From Lingula anatina (taxonomy: Eukaryota > Animalia > Brachiopoda), in NCBI GenBank assembly GCA_051362555.1, contig CM120644.1, forward strand, positions 4,534,954 through 4,598,953: a DNA stretch of 64,000 nucleotides. Reading direction: 5' to 3'. The notes beneath the pieces are model-generated. The model was not told the origin of the DNA, did not search any database, and saw only the letters and a list, made by a program, of their open reading frames with translations. The translations under genes and the position numbers were made by a program. Positions 50,578-64,000 of this stretch are shown piece after piece (position 1 is the first letter of the stretch; every line of letters starts with the position of its first letter).

Positions 50578-53500
50578 AGGGGTGATTTTGCAAAGGCTAG
50601 GGGTGCTGTAACAGTGGGTGGGTGGGTTAGTGCGGGTGAAGGGTGGGTTTAAAAGGTGGGTGAGTAGATCGAACTCCGAATTCAACGAACAGTGGTGCGA
50701 CACAGTGGAAAGGAACGCTTTGCTTCGCTTGGGAGGGGGTTCACACCAAACAGCCCCCCCCCCCCCCCAGGAGTTTCACACAACAGAGAGCCTGTCCCTG
50801 CCTTGCACTGTTGAGTACTGTCTATCATATCCTCATCCTCACCCATTTACCCGGTCTGTTCAAATAGAGTACATTTATGTTTTGGCAGCGCGCGATATCT
50901 TGCACAGTAGCTTCGCTTAAAGTCGAATCTCGACAACAGGACGGTTTGGCGAGGGATACAGTTCATTTCAAATGAAAAGTTTTGTGAACTTAACACACAC
51001 GCTTGCGCGCGTGCTAATATGTCTTGATATTATTCTTTTTCGTACTACGTAGACCAATATTAGAGGTATTGATAGATTGTTGATAATTGCTTTTTTCACC
51101 TATTTGTCGTTAATGATTTCACAAAATGTTCTCAAGGAATTCTGCTCAGAAGATGGATACAACACCGAGCTTGCAGAGCCCCGAGTGAAATGGACCGTAG
51201 TGTATTCTAGTGAGTGATAAACAACTTCACACTTCACTAGGATTAGGTTTTAGCAGGGGTTAGCGGAGGCCACCATTTCTTCCGCATTGCCCCCCGCTCT
51301 CCCCTAACTGTGATAAGAAAAAGTTCACCCAGCGTAAAGTTTATTTTTTAATCGTATCTCGACCTCCTTGTCCTAATTAATTTGGTGGTTTCCTCTGCCT
51401 CCAGATTCGTACCCGGAGGCGATGCCATTATTATAAAAATCACAACCTCGGTGCCGCGAAGTCACGCGTGAATCACGCTAGAGCGCGCTCTAAAGCCTTT
51501 CTAATGAAGCGAAGTGGTGCGCAACTATTAAACGCTCGGGGAAAACTTAGGGCTGATTAAACAACAAACCTCCTTTTATGAGCTGATGAATTTAAATTAC
51601 GACTAAAATGCTTGTTTGAATGCCTCTCTTCTGCGTTCTGTTGCTTTCTACCGCACATGGACCGAGGAAAGTGTATGTAAAACGATCGCGCTACAATACA
51701 GAGCGTGAATCGCGTGCAGCGAGACATGAATCGAGAGACCTCTCCCCCCGGGGTTTGTTCCGTCGTTCAATCGAGGATAAAGGTGTTGTAAGTTTATACA
51801 GCATCACATTTGTTGGCAGAAATCAAGTGTAAAAAGTACTTTTCAATTTCTGACATTAGTATAGGTGCGCATTTGAATTGACTTTCACCTTAGACGGGGT
51901 CAACCGTGAAACTACCGGGGTAGCTTAAGAACATTCCGGGAAAAGAGAGAGAGAGAGAGAGAGAAGAGAGAGAGAGGGGGGAGGTTAACAGCATATAAAT
52001 GAATTGCAAAAAGTCACTGAAAATCAAGAGTAATATCAGTATACTATTATCAATCCTTAAATTTTTTTCGTTAACTGTTGCATGCCTTGCTCACTTAGCA
52101 TTGTCACCTGCACAGTATATAGAAGCCATCACTTTGGTTCTTACTAGTTTTGACGCATTTGTTAACCAAAATTTAACTGCAGGTTTGGCCCAGTCCTCAA
52201 CTTGTCAATAATCCACGTGCCAGCGGCCTTTTCAATCGTTTATCACAAGGACCCGACGATAACGTCAAGATGAGATCCGTAAAATCATTTTCAGAGGGAA
52301 CCATAGAGATCTTACTGGTGGGCTTTTTACCTCTCCTAAACGAGCACTTTTTCTGAAAAAACTGTAACCATGAAACCTTCTTGTACGTAGATAAAATTTT
52401 CCCCAGAATGGACCTTTTCAAAGCAAAAAACCACCCCACCCCACCTCCTGTCTGCGGGTCTGACTTTATACCCCTGTCAGACTTAGGCACGTGTACCAGC
52501 ATCCGGGACCTTCACTTCCCGAGTCCTTAAAAAAATTACAAACTGACATTCTTCTCATTTTTCAACTCGTTAAGTTCCTGAATCAGTCTTAATATAGCCC
52601 CAATTAATGTATTGTTTCTAAGTACAGCGATGTGAGTTATATGAAGCAAAGGCCAGTCCGACTATTAGCCACTGTTTGTTACAAATAGATATTTCCGTTG
52701 TTCTTAAGATCAAAAAAGACAGGCGAACCGAATGTAGAAAATCAATAATAAGTTCATGTACATAACGGGTTCTTAATTAAGTTTACAATTGTTGAAAACA
52801 TAAATAAAGCAGCGTCTCTCCAGAGATTTTGAGAGAGAGAGCCGGGGTATAACCTCGAGTGACGACAGCGTTCTTTTCTGTCAAGTGGTCTACAGAATGG
52901 GAAAGAAGGAGCCGAGTAAGACTTCACGTCGTAAGAAACATACCGACTCAGAATGCCCTGATTATTTCAGATCAGTTAACAAAGACAGAATGTCCTTCTA
53001 CACTGTGTTATTATATAAGAGAGTGTTTTTATGGTTCACGCTGAGTTTCCAAGCATTGAGCAGTCGTTTTACGTAAGTGTCTAGCCAAGATACACATCCA
53101 ATGCACTTGTGTGTTTCATGAGGTTAACTAGATTAACTAAACCTTGTTTAACGACCTCGGTTTACCTCCCGTTCTCGCCCCGCGTGTACAGTTATATGTC
53201 CAATGAGGAAGTCTAGTGAGCGTGAGTGTGTGCAAGTGTTCCTGCACGTGCTCTGCGCAATTGTTTTTTTTTTTTTTTTTTTTGGTCTGCACATGTGCGC
53301 GTGTTGCTTTTTCCCCGTTTAATTTCCACTTTCTATGCGCATTTATTTCGAAGAGCGCATTCTGTTTATAAATAAGCATTGATATCACTACCTAACAGCT
53401 ATTTTTGATTTTGCAACATCAGGAATATCTGAAATTCACATTAAAAGTTGTAATACTAATCACACGTATCCAACTTGAACCGCTTGTGATAGATTCTAAA

Positions 53501-53945
53501 GGCACAAATCACAATGTCAAGACAAACGAGTTACCGATCGAGTGACGTAGTTTTCTTCATTGCGCAAAAAGCCAGTGAACAATTAGTAATGATGTTTTCC
53601 TTCTTACACTAATCTAAATAGGCTCAATTAAGCTATTCCGCATTAGTTTACCGACTTGAAAGGCAACGACATCCAGGCAACAAAAAAAAGACGTCTTCAT
53701 AGAAATGACTTAACATGACAAAAGACGAATACACCGTGATAAAAAAATCATAGCACTCGGTCAATCAAGAAGTGGTGTTTCATTGGTGTTTCATTCATTT
53801 CTTTTTTTTTTTTTTTTTTTTTTCACTGCTTGGTGCGCTCATCCATTTAGTTATATGTTCACATCTCGATTCATAGTCTAACCCTCTTCTGACATGAACA
53901 ATGGTTTCCCGGTTTTTTAATGGCAACTTAGAATTATTATTATTA

Positions 53946-53980
<35 letters not shown>

Positions 53981-56181
53981 GTTGTTGTTGTTGTTGTCGT
54001 TGTTATCAATGTTTTTGCTGTTATGGTGCATTCTACATTCAAGGCAATACGTCCTACAGAATATCTAAAATTAATTTTAAAAAGCGCTGACACTAAAAAT
54101 AAAATAAAATGACAATAAAAAGGTGGGTTGTGCGGAAAATTATAAGACGCCTGGAGCATCGGTAATGCTGATAATTTCGAGAGTTAATGAGGCAAGCTTG
54201 CCCTTCAAAGAGTAACGGTCGTGGGTTGGCTTTATTTTCTGGGCGTGGTGAGGTCTAAGACGGTAGCACGCGTACCCTTCCTCTCATATTAGCAATATGA
54301 GTAACGTAGTAAGAGGCTAATGCCCGGGCGGTGATATTCAATTGAAGTTCTTTTGAATCTTGCAGTTCAGGGATTAGCCCTGTAGCCATTGTTGGCGGCT
54401 TATTGCTATGAAAAATTAGACTCCCACACAAATAAAAAACTTCCTCTGTTGTTTACTTTCAAGAAAATAGAGCAAGGAACAGAGGCCTGCCGCCTCCTTC
54501 TTGCTCCTGCATGGGAAGTCAATCTTAATTTAGGTAGCTATATAAATCGACTCAAATAGGGGACAAACAACCCATTTTCTAACCAAAATAGTAATGGAAA
54601 CAGCGTGGGACTTGGATGTGAATGGGAGCGACACAGTTCAAACTGTTACTATTAGCTTCTATTATGCCTTAATGGAAGGTCCATAGAAATCCGTCGAGAG
54701 CGGGCTATAGATTGGCGGTGTTGATGTCCTACCCGTATATACAGATCAGGTGTCTTGTAAACCGTGGATACAAACATCCACACCTCTTCTTGATATTTTT
54801 ATATATACATAGTTACACCCATTACTTAAGAAATTTCAGGTTCAAATTCAACAATCACAGATGGTGCCTTTTGACAGAAAATAACAATGTTTAAGTGGCT
54901 TCGTTATGAGATTTCCAATACAATTATCTTCTATTAACGAGGGGAAAAAGGGTCATTAGCTTGGTTTTTGGATCAAAGATGATAATTACTTATCACAAAC
55001 TAAAAATATTCCTGTCTAATCAACCCAGTAGTCCCATACATCTATCAACTTAACCCAAGGAAGAGCGGTAAGAAGAAATCTAATTATAGTTTGCGAATTG
55101 AAATATACATGTATACAATGACATTTTAAACTTATACAAAAACAACGATCTTTATTTCATATATAAATATACTGATCTGAACATTTTACCAGGTAACCCG
55201 ACAAATGGAATTTCATCAAAAATAAGTGCTGGCTATTAGAAAATAGCACATGCTTTGAAACATACACGATCAAAAACAAATACAAACACATTCAAAGGGT
55301 CATAATAAACTGTGAACATATGTACCGCGAGTTACAAGTTCCCGCATAAGGTTAAAGTAATTAACATTTGAACGCACAGCGACAGCGGGTCAACAGGTGT
55401 TTCCACGTTGAAATTAAGCCGCTGTTTTATAATGTGCATTAATTCTGCCTTGAATGTAGTGTTTTATTGTATGCTGCGGGGTTGGATCAAACGCTGAAAG
55501 GGGTACAGTCTGATGGAAAGAGAGAGTGAGAGAGAGGGGGAAGAAAAAGAGAAAGAGAGAGAGGAAGAGAGAGAGGGGGGGAAGAAAGTGAGAGGGGGAA
55601 GAAAAAGAGAGAGAGAGGGGGGGAAGACGCACTTTGGGAGGAGGGGGCAACAATGGATGGGTGGGTGTTAAGAACCGTGCTCGTTATTCAATTCCAGGAC
55701 CCACCCTTCCAAACAGTGGGAACGAACGGTCTGTTTTGGTTTGGAGGGGGGTTTGCTTTACTGTCAATATGTAATGGAATAAACAAATATACATATTTTG
55801 CTTCATGGTTGCATTTCATATCTCCCTCCGGGTTAAGTGATGTCATCGTGAATCATATACGGGCGTCTTTCAGAGAAACAAGGCGGCGGAACATGTTTTG
55901 TCTTATTATCTTTTTCAAATATTCTTGAATGACAAAAAGAACAAGGTGACTCGGTTAGAAGACATCAGCATATATACAATGACTAGTTGTAATTCAGTTA
56001 ACAGAAATCTTTCTTACTGCTTTCTTTTTTTCTTTCTTTCTTTCTTTTCCTTTTTTTTTCATAAAATTAAACGAAAAATGTAAACAAGAAAAGAGCAGTA
56101 AAACACACACTTTGCCAATTCTCCAAGAATTTAAATAATCGACGATATTGTAAAGGACTATTGGACAAACACAGGGCGGCT

Positions 56182-56300
56182 CCCAGCACACGGCCTCACA
56201 ACAATCACAGAGCATTTTATAACGTTACCAAAACGTTGCTACGTTTTGTGGTTATATAAACGGTATGGTAACGTTATGATAACATTCTATGTTTGTTGGG
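56182..56300. mobile_element. Short MITE of the same AACGTT family as 41315-41561
   Basis: Shares TATAACGTTACCAAAACGTT and GGTAACGTTAT; CCCAGCA / TGTTGGG ends. Confidence 0.65.
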
Positions 56301-58683
56301 AGCCATGATTCTGTCCAACTCCAACCACTAACGACTGGTCTAGCCTTGTTCTTTTACGAACACGTTAAAATTGATCATTGATTAGATCTGCATCAAATGT
56401 ACAATTCTAGGGCATGTTTGTCTAATAATGCATCGTGTGCAACGTTCGCATGCGATGATGACGTCAGTTGAACTTACTTTTTCCACATCCATTGCGCCTT
56501 AGGTCTGTTACATACAAGCTCCGCTTGTTAATGTCTTAGGACAACAAAACAGGGTTTTTATACGGCGTTGACTTATACTCGTGGTAAGTAAGGCATGGAC
56601 GCAGCAGTTGAATCTCAGCTAGGGGACCATGTGTCCTTTCGTAAAAAAGAAAACCTTAAGTCGGAAGTCGGGAAGAAGTGACTTCATCTGCCCCCCCCCC
56701 CCCCTCCCCCGGCCTCACCGCGTGCTTTCCTCCTCTCTACCTGCCTGGCTTTAATCCACGACCATACTCTGCCCTATGAATCAAACTCTGGAGAGCCACC
56801 AAGGTCGCGTTCATTTTCGTGAATAAGTCACTGCCAACACCGTCTCCTTGGCTGTCCTTGGCAATGTCACGCCTCCTCCTCGGGCCGTCGGTCTTCCCTG
56901 AGATGAAGCGTGGGGTCAGGGTAACAGACAGCATGACGAGCCGCTATTACGGCCTCAGTGGTCTCAGTGGTCACCCTACACACACACACACACACACACA
57001 CACCACACGCGCGCGCACAGAAAGAGAGAGAGAGAGAGGGGGGGCAGAGAGGGAGAGAGAGAGAGGCGGTTGGGAGAGGAATTGAGAGAGAGAGAGAGAG
57101 AGAGGTTGGAGAGAGAGTCAGAGAGATAGTCATAGAGAGACAGACTGACAGACTGAAGATATCACTAACGAGGAATTACAAAAACTCTAATCCAGAACCT
57201 CCGTGCAGTTTGTTTCATACAATGACATAAGGAAGCAATGGTGCTATGTTATGGAAACTATTTTTGTGAGAAATGTGGGTTTAAAGTGTAATGTAAAAAA
57301 CGTACACGTATCCCCCTGCGCCTAACCGTAAACTATCAAAACTATTTCTAATAGCCTAACCTTTGCCCCTCACTCACACGCGCGCGAGTGCGCCCTGTAC
57401 GTTGGCGCGAGCTCTCACGCGTTAAGTGCACTGTTTGACCCGTTGAATCACATCTACTACTCAATACCATGTTTTTCTCGCCTCACAAGTTGTTTGTAAA
57501 TGATAAGAGTTAAATTTCATCTCGATAGTGTAACATAAGAGAGCCTTACTAAAGATTTTGGAAAGTTTTTCATTAAAATTGTCACAAATCGGGGACGAGA
57601 AAATGTGAACATTACAACCATACTTTTTTTTTTCAGGAAATATGGCTAACCGTAATCACCGTAAGTCAAACAAATACTTAGCTAGACAACTATTCCTTGG
57701 CTTGTGATAACATATGGAAGATCACTTGAAATATTTTAGTAATTTAAGTGTATCATTTCGCAGTATTCTATGACCATACTTTCATATAGTGCAGAATACA
57801 ATTATCTTCATTTTCCACATATCTTATTGACACGCCATATATTACACATACATTAACGTGGCCACATTATTCCAAATGTTTTGAATAATGTAAGCGTAGA
57901 CACACACACATGCACGCGCGCACACGCACGTGGACACAAGTTTACATTATTCCACTTGACGTGATCATTGCACACTAATCGTAGCCCTTAATGTGCCGAC
58001 CATTTTAAGCCGCCGCGACCGTGGTCCATTTCGCCTACAGTCAGCACAACCCACGCAGAAAGAAGCTAAATCACGCGATGGGAAAGGCATTGTAACTGAG
58101 AGTGATGTAAAATGATTGAGATGTCTCCCCCTGGAGCACGCTGATTACATGTCCGTAATACTAACAGATATGTTTGTACCACTATCGCAATATTGCCACA
58201 TCCTGTGTCTTTCAAATATGTTGAAATAAATAGAAATAAAAAGATGGTTAGTTAAAGATGAAAAAAGGAGCACGCAGAAATTATCCTCCTTGGCCAACTT
58301 TCTTGCCAGTTATTAGTCAGTAAATTGTCAGGTATCTCTCGGTTCCTGAACCCCCCCCCCCCTCATGCTATTAATTTCCCCTTTAGAAGTTTTCTCATAT
58401 GTTAGATATATATATATATACCACACCCTGTGATATAAAGGCCTTCCACTATTACAACTCAATCTGTAAAGGTTTTTCTTACACGGCTATATGTCCACTG
58501 GCCACGAGCTGATTAGATTATGAGTGAATAGGACCCTGGTATTTGCCTCTGCTACGACTGGTTGTACACGAACACAAATATGTACTGTACAGCACGGTTT
58601 GATTGAGAGTGTCTCTCTACGGTTATACGAGAAGTATCTATCTTGGTTGATACTGTATTTCAGTTAAATAGCACTCACACACT

Positions 58684-58737
<54 letters not shown>

Positions 58738-58818
58738 GTTGTCGTACAAGACCATCCCTCGAAAAAAATTCTAGTATTCCACATAAAGAGGGAGAAAAAT
58801 TTAGAAAAAAAAACTTAC

Positions 58819-59245
58819 CGGCCTCGGCAAAGCTGATAATCTCTGACACCTGAGCAAGGTTGGAGTTCACGGGGATCTTGTGTCGGTCAGTCGTCTTCAG
58901 CTCTTGAAGGGCCTTCTGGTACACCTCATGAGGCACAGCCTGGGTAGCGTTGATCCTGGGGGCCCTGTCCATCCCCAGCTTAAACAGGACCTTCTCTTGT
59001 ATTCCTTGTAATACTAGTTTCTTGATGTCTTCGTGGGAGGGGCGCCGGACGGCGAGTCCGCCGCCGAACAGGCCCTGCAATTCACCGGGCGAGGCCGCCT
59101 CTCCGAGACAGGCAGAGCCGGTGCAGTTAGAGCCAAAACCGGGTTTAAAACGCCGTATAGTGAACCCCTGAGTGGCTGCCACAAAAAACAATATAGACAC
59201 AGTTAGCAGGGGCACACATCGGGAATCTGGTATCCTCATTCTCAT
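58819..59245 (-). CDS. INHB: Activin/inhibin beta chain, exon 1 (signal peptide + prodomain N-terminus)
   Basis: MRMRIPDSRCVPLLTVSILFFVAATQG signal peptide, IQEKVLFKLGMDRAP prodomain helix, and SEIISFAE directly before a phase-1 G|GTAAGT donor, the same intron position as vertebrate INHBA/INHBB. 427+899 nt gives 441 aa in frame. Confidence 0.92.
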
Positions 59246-59879
59246 AGACTTTTTTATAGTTTGAAGTCCAGCGTTAGTGTGCCCTTTCCCTGTGCCTCGG
59301 CGACTGGCTGTTAACACTAGCGTCTCTGTGGACTCGTTGACGTCTTCTGGTTACGTGCTTTCTGGATACGGTCCCTAGAGCGTCCAGACCATGTCGCGCG
59401 TTGGTCACCTTAATTAAGGAAGGTACGACTGGACTGACCACCTCCCCTGGTCACCGTGTCCACTTCGACGTACTTCTTGTACTAAATCACTTGTCCGCCT
59501 ACTTTTTAACCGGATACGTGTTAAAGATTAGGGCCTAACTGTCCACCTGGGCAAGATGGACATCTAAGTAAGGCGTGTCCAGCTGTCCTCGGTATGCTTT
59601 CAGCCTAGTAAATAAGCACTGGTACAAGAACGCCGGACCCAGCGACTGAAACGCTAGCCGGGTTAAGCGACAGTATTTCCGCGTTCTGCTCACTAACTGC
59701 ACAATCACTTAATACACTAGTGGAGCTCCGGCAGAGTGTCTCTCTCTTTAAATTCGCCTCGGTTGAGGTATCATTAATCCTACTAGCCGTCAAAGCAGCC
59801 TAGCACTGGTTAACGATACGTTAAGTCGGCTTGCACGAGATCGCTCTCCCGGCGACTCTTTACAGTAGCACTCGTCGAT

Positions 59880-59925
59880 TGTGTCTGCTTGGGCTAACAG
59901 CTTCTGCCAGTCCTTTATAGCAAGC
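59880..59925 (-). promoter_or_regulatory. TATA box and probable start region of the activin gene
   Basis: CTATAAAGG on the minus strand (TATAAA 59919-59914) within a CpG-rich region about 670 nt upstream of the ATG. Confidence 0.6.
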
Positions 59926-60593
59926 AGCGTACGCTGTGAATGGCGCTGGAGTTCTACACGCCGCCCAGCACTACAGGGGACCTCAAATCCTCGCTCACAT
60001 CACGTATGCCAGAGAACAGTACATGCGCGTGACTAAAACCACTCTCTGCCTGAAATGCGTTTACCGCAACAGAGGGTGCCGAAAGTACATGTATCACTGC
60101 CAGGGCGCTGAATATTTGTTTACTGCCAGTGAGTGGAAATTGAGATTTATAAGTGCTATGGGTGGAATTACAGGGATCAGTATCTAAGGGTGTGGGACAG
60201 GGGAGGGATGGGTGTGTGAGGGGGTGTGGGGGTAGGGGTAAAGATCGATAGGTAGGAGTCATATTAGCTGTCGCTCAGCTCCAGTCGTGAAATAATAAAA
60301 CGTGAAATACATGAGAACTGAGTACATATCTATTATAAAATCGGGGAGGCGACCAGTCAATCCCCCTCCCCCCGCGCCGATATTCGATCCATCCTAAACT
60401 TTGAAAAGAGGTCAGTTACAAAATCCTTACTTTGGCATTAATGAAATTTATTAGTGCTCACGTCAGAACCGTAGGGTATCAATTTAACACGTAATTCTCT
60501 TAAAAATGAACCCAGGAAGGATGCTGCCTAACTCAACTTACTTCCTCAGTTTACAGGAACATTCACTGCGCAAATAAAACGAAAACAAAGCAA

Positions 60594-60644
<51 letters not shown>

Positions 60645-61829
60645 TCCACAAAACAAGAAACGGGCATTTTCTCCACATGGGTTGCAACTGTGCGTAAGTC
60701 GTGTTTTTTTTTTTTTTTTGTCTGAGTTATCATTTTCCTTGTTTTACAGAAATATGAAACTAAACTTCCACTTTAAGTTCGAGTGCTGCGTCCCGGGCAT
60801 CAATTAGGAAGTAAAGAGGGGGTTGCGATATGACGGATTACGTGGCTCACTCTGGCGTATCACGGATGAAACAATTAACAGGGAAAAGATCCAACCAGTA
60901 CATCAGCGCGCTCTCCACCGCCACTACTGGCCGGCGCTGGGATATACTGGGAAAACTCCTCACCAGTTGTGTAACAGTTTGTGATTGTGCAGGTCTTCGG
61001 GTTACTTCCTGGACGAGAGGCAAGTCAGTGAGTAAACGAAAGAGGTAAGATTGCGCTAGCGGTTTACACGACTGCAGCGATCGCTAGGTCAGATTTCAGC
61101 GAGTGCGGTTAAGACGCTGGTTTTAGCGCTACAATCTGCAGCTCGCCGTGACCGACATGTTGTGGTCAGGTAAATTTTGGTCTATATCTTCTTGTGGAGG
61201 CGTGACGGGCGAAACCAGAATTTAAATTATTGTTGTGCGTTCATCATCAGAGGGAAATAACCAACATTACCAACATATGGTCGATTTTCTCGCCACGGTA
61301 AATGTTTTTTTCCTTAACCGTCCATCATTTTACCTTTCTAGGAGGAAATAACGCAAACTTGCCAAATATATCACATCATACCTGTTCGTTCAAGTCGTAC
61401 AAGTTGTGTGACAGGCGTTAACACGGAACATGCTTCTGCTTTAAGCTACCTAAATTGGCCCACTGCTCCCAACCCGGTGACATTTCTATGAATCCAGCAC
61501 AATCAATCCCTACCCTTCTGTGGTATTCACCCTGACTGAAACGTGACCCCCCATGGCGATCAGAGTTCATCATCGTTTGAACCAGTGGTCAAGCGTTCCT
61601 GACCGGTCACGTGAAAGGTTAACCTTAGGATCTAACATAAGGTTTATGTTGAATCCTAGGTTAACCGTGATTTTATGTATTTCATGTTTTAGGTTTTTGA
61701 AAGATTTTAGAGGAAAATGAAGTGCAATAATATGTTACACTCCTAAGTCTGATACGTATATTGTCATATTTATCTACTTAGTCTAAGTTATTTATATACG
61801 GATTAGATTTTAAGTGTGAGTGTGTGTGA

Positions 61830-61865
<36 letters not shown>

Positions 61866-64000
61866 CATCACAAGTATCAAAAAGTATCAAAATCTATACG
61901 TATCATACCAGTTACATAGGTAATCTTCTTAAGGATGTAAAAATTAAATAGATGTAAGAAATAATAGTATTATTTTTGTTTATCAAAACGAAACTTACTG
62001 ATCGTTGAATAAGACAAAATGTAGAATGGTGGAAAATGTCGGATTCATATATAAACTGTTTTTTTTTTTCTTTACAGCATGAGTAGACCACACAAGAAGA
62101 CCAGCAATCAGTTCGATAAATCAAGCTAATAACACGTTCCTTAATATGATAATAGATATAATTGGCGAACAGCTCTGACCTATGCGGAAATCCCTTTAAC
62201 GACTAGAAACAAAACCGTGTACGCAGCAAAAATATGAGAATGATAAAACACGAAGGAAGAGCTCAACGACTACGAGCTCAAACTTTTTCATTCCATCGTC
62301 TGTTTTTCCGCTGTATTGGACATCTGAAATGCAATTTATGTCACGGTGGTCGCTCAATTAGATACATAATTCCTTTTATGCTTACAGAACGCCAAATTAT
62401 GTTAAACCCAATCTTTTCATCAGAGAAAGCTTGGCTTGCAATTAACGATCACGATGCACTGTGTACATTTTTTTGTTTAATATAACCAAATAGTATGATG
62501 ATCTTACCTAAGCTCGACAAAAAGTCGAACTGAACGTGTTTTTAAAATCTTACACTCTGTCCCTTTACCCTCCCCCCCTCCCCAATTATATTTGTCCAAC
62601 ATTTGCCTTGGATATTTTAAATACTTAAAAGTAATTGACCTCTTGCCTATATTACTGATAATGTGCTAGAGGCATTTATATAATTCATGATAAAAGGGGC
62701 CCGAGTTTAGTATCAATAATCCCTCAAATACGTTTTTGCGTTCATTTTTAAAATCAGTTTTAAGTCACATGAGCCACCGTGTTAAGTTTTGATATTGCTT
62801 TCAAATGTGATAATTTCCTGTCCTTAAATATCTCCCTTACCCCCCCCCCCCTGCTTTAAACCCTCTGTCGTCCCCTTTTTTTATCCTTTAATACGCCGGA
62901 GAACGGATTATGTACGCAAGCTGGGTGTTTAACAAGTCTAGCGAACAGGTAAAAGAGACCCGGCCCGACAGTCGACATATTCCTGACGACTACCTTCACT
63001 GTTTTATATTCATCGGCAGGACCACTGCAATCTCTGTCCTCAAAACGTCTAGGAAGGTTACTCACTTACAACGCAAGGAGAGAACATGTGACCCCCACCC
63101 CTCTCTCCCACCCTTCTCCTCGCCACCCCCCCCCCCCCCCCCTCAATCTAGGCCCTGTCCACGTGCACTAAGCACGACAGAGAACTCTGTCAAAGAACGC
63201 TGCTCGTCCGTGGTAATCTCCCTCGGTACGCTACCTCTGCATTCTGAGTTCCCGGAAGGCGCTGTGAGGTTATAGACTTTAGGTTTCCGCTGACGAGGGT
63301 AATGTAAATCTTAGCACAATCTCTACGATCCATTGATGAGCAGAGAAAGTGTTAATTGATCCCTAACACAAGCGGAGATATCCGGCCGTGAATCGAAATG
63401 GAAAATAACGATCGGTTACTCGAGCGTTTCCGGGTGTCTGGGTCTTTTTACATTGTCGGAGGCAGCCTGTGTCTGAAAGTGGCGCGTCCGCTCGGGGAGG
63501 TGGACTGGGAGCGTTTTCAGGGCAAACCTATCACCCCCCAAGGTGGGGGTCACACGCCTGTGGTATGTCAACAATAACAAACGTGACATCTAGTTCATGA
63601 TCACAGAACCATTATGGGCACGTGTGGAAACCGATGTTATTTTTCCGTTGCATATCTTTTTTATATATATTTCATGTTATAAGATAAATCTTTTATTTTC
63701 TACACTTAATTGATGTGAATAGTGAATAGTGCTCAGTCTCAAAGCAGCACTCACTGAGGAAGGCCGCGCTGTGTAAGGTACAGCTTCAATTAAGTGTAGG
63801 AAATAAAAATTCCATTCTTATAACAATATCTTTTTAATATTTCAGTGTAAGAAACGTTGTGTAACTCAGCCTCCCGTTCATCTGTTATGTTAAATCCCAC
63901 CGTGAAAGATAAACAATATAACATGCTACTCTCAGTGCACATTTCTTTTACGATAAATCAGTCTAGGAGTAACCCGGTTGCTTTTTTGACAAAATCTATT

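Overview
AT-rich, repeat-dense animal genomic DNA, probably an invertebrate and likely a lophotrochozoan (inferred from gene and repeat types only). Two protein-coding genes are supportable, both on the minus strand. (1) A single-BIR + UBA inhibitor-of-apoptosis (IAP) gene at about 1-5170, with a stop codon just before a decayed, probably RING-leading exon. (2) A two-exon activin/inhibin-beta TGF-beta ligand gene (CDS 59245-58819 + 30143-29245, 441 aa) with a 28.7-kb intron. The most unusual structure is a 7.6-kb imperfect palindrome (7794-15435): two diverged, inverted copies of a TTAA-flanked Sola3-like DNA element 60 bp apart. They interrupt one unit of a degenerate exon-like repeat whose empty paralog survives at about 18710-19080. 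The palindrome begins just downstream of a candidate acceptor that could be fed from the bidirectional promoter of the IAP gene, which makes it a candidate hairpin-RNA (transposon-killer-like) locus; this is a hypothesis. The rest comprises MITEs, a decayed LINE, minisatellites (41, 57, 61, 79 and 109 bp units) and microsatellites. All alignments were done by eye.
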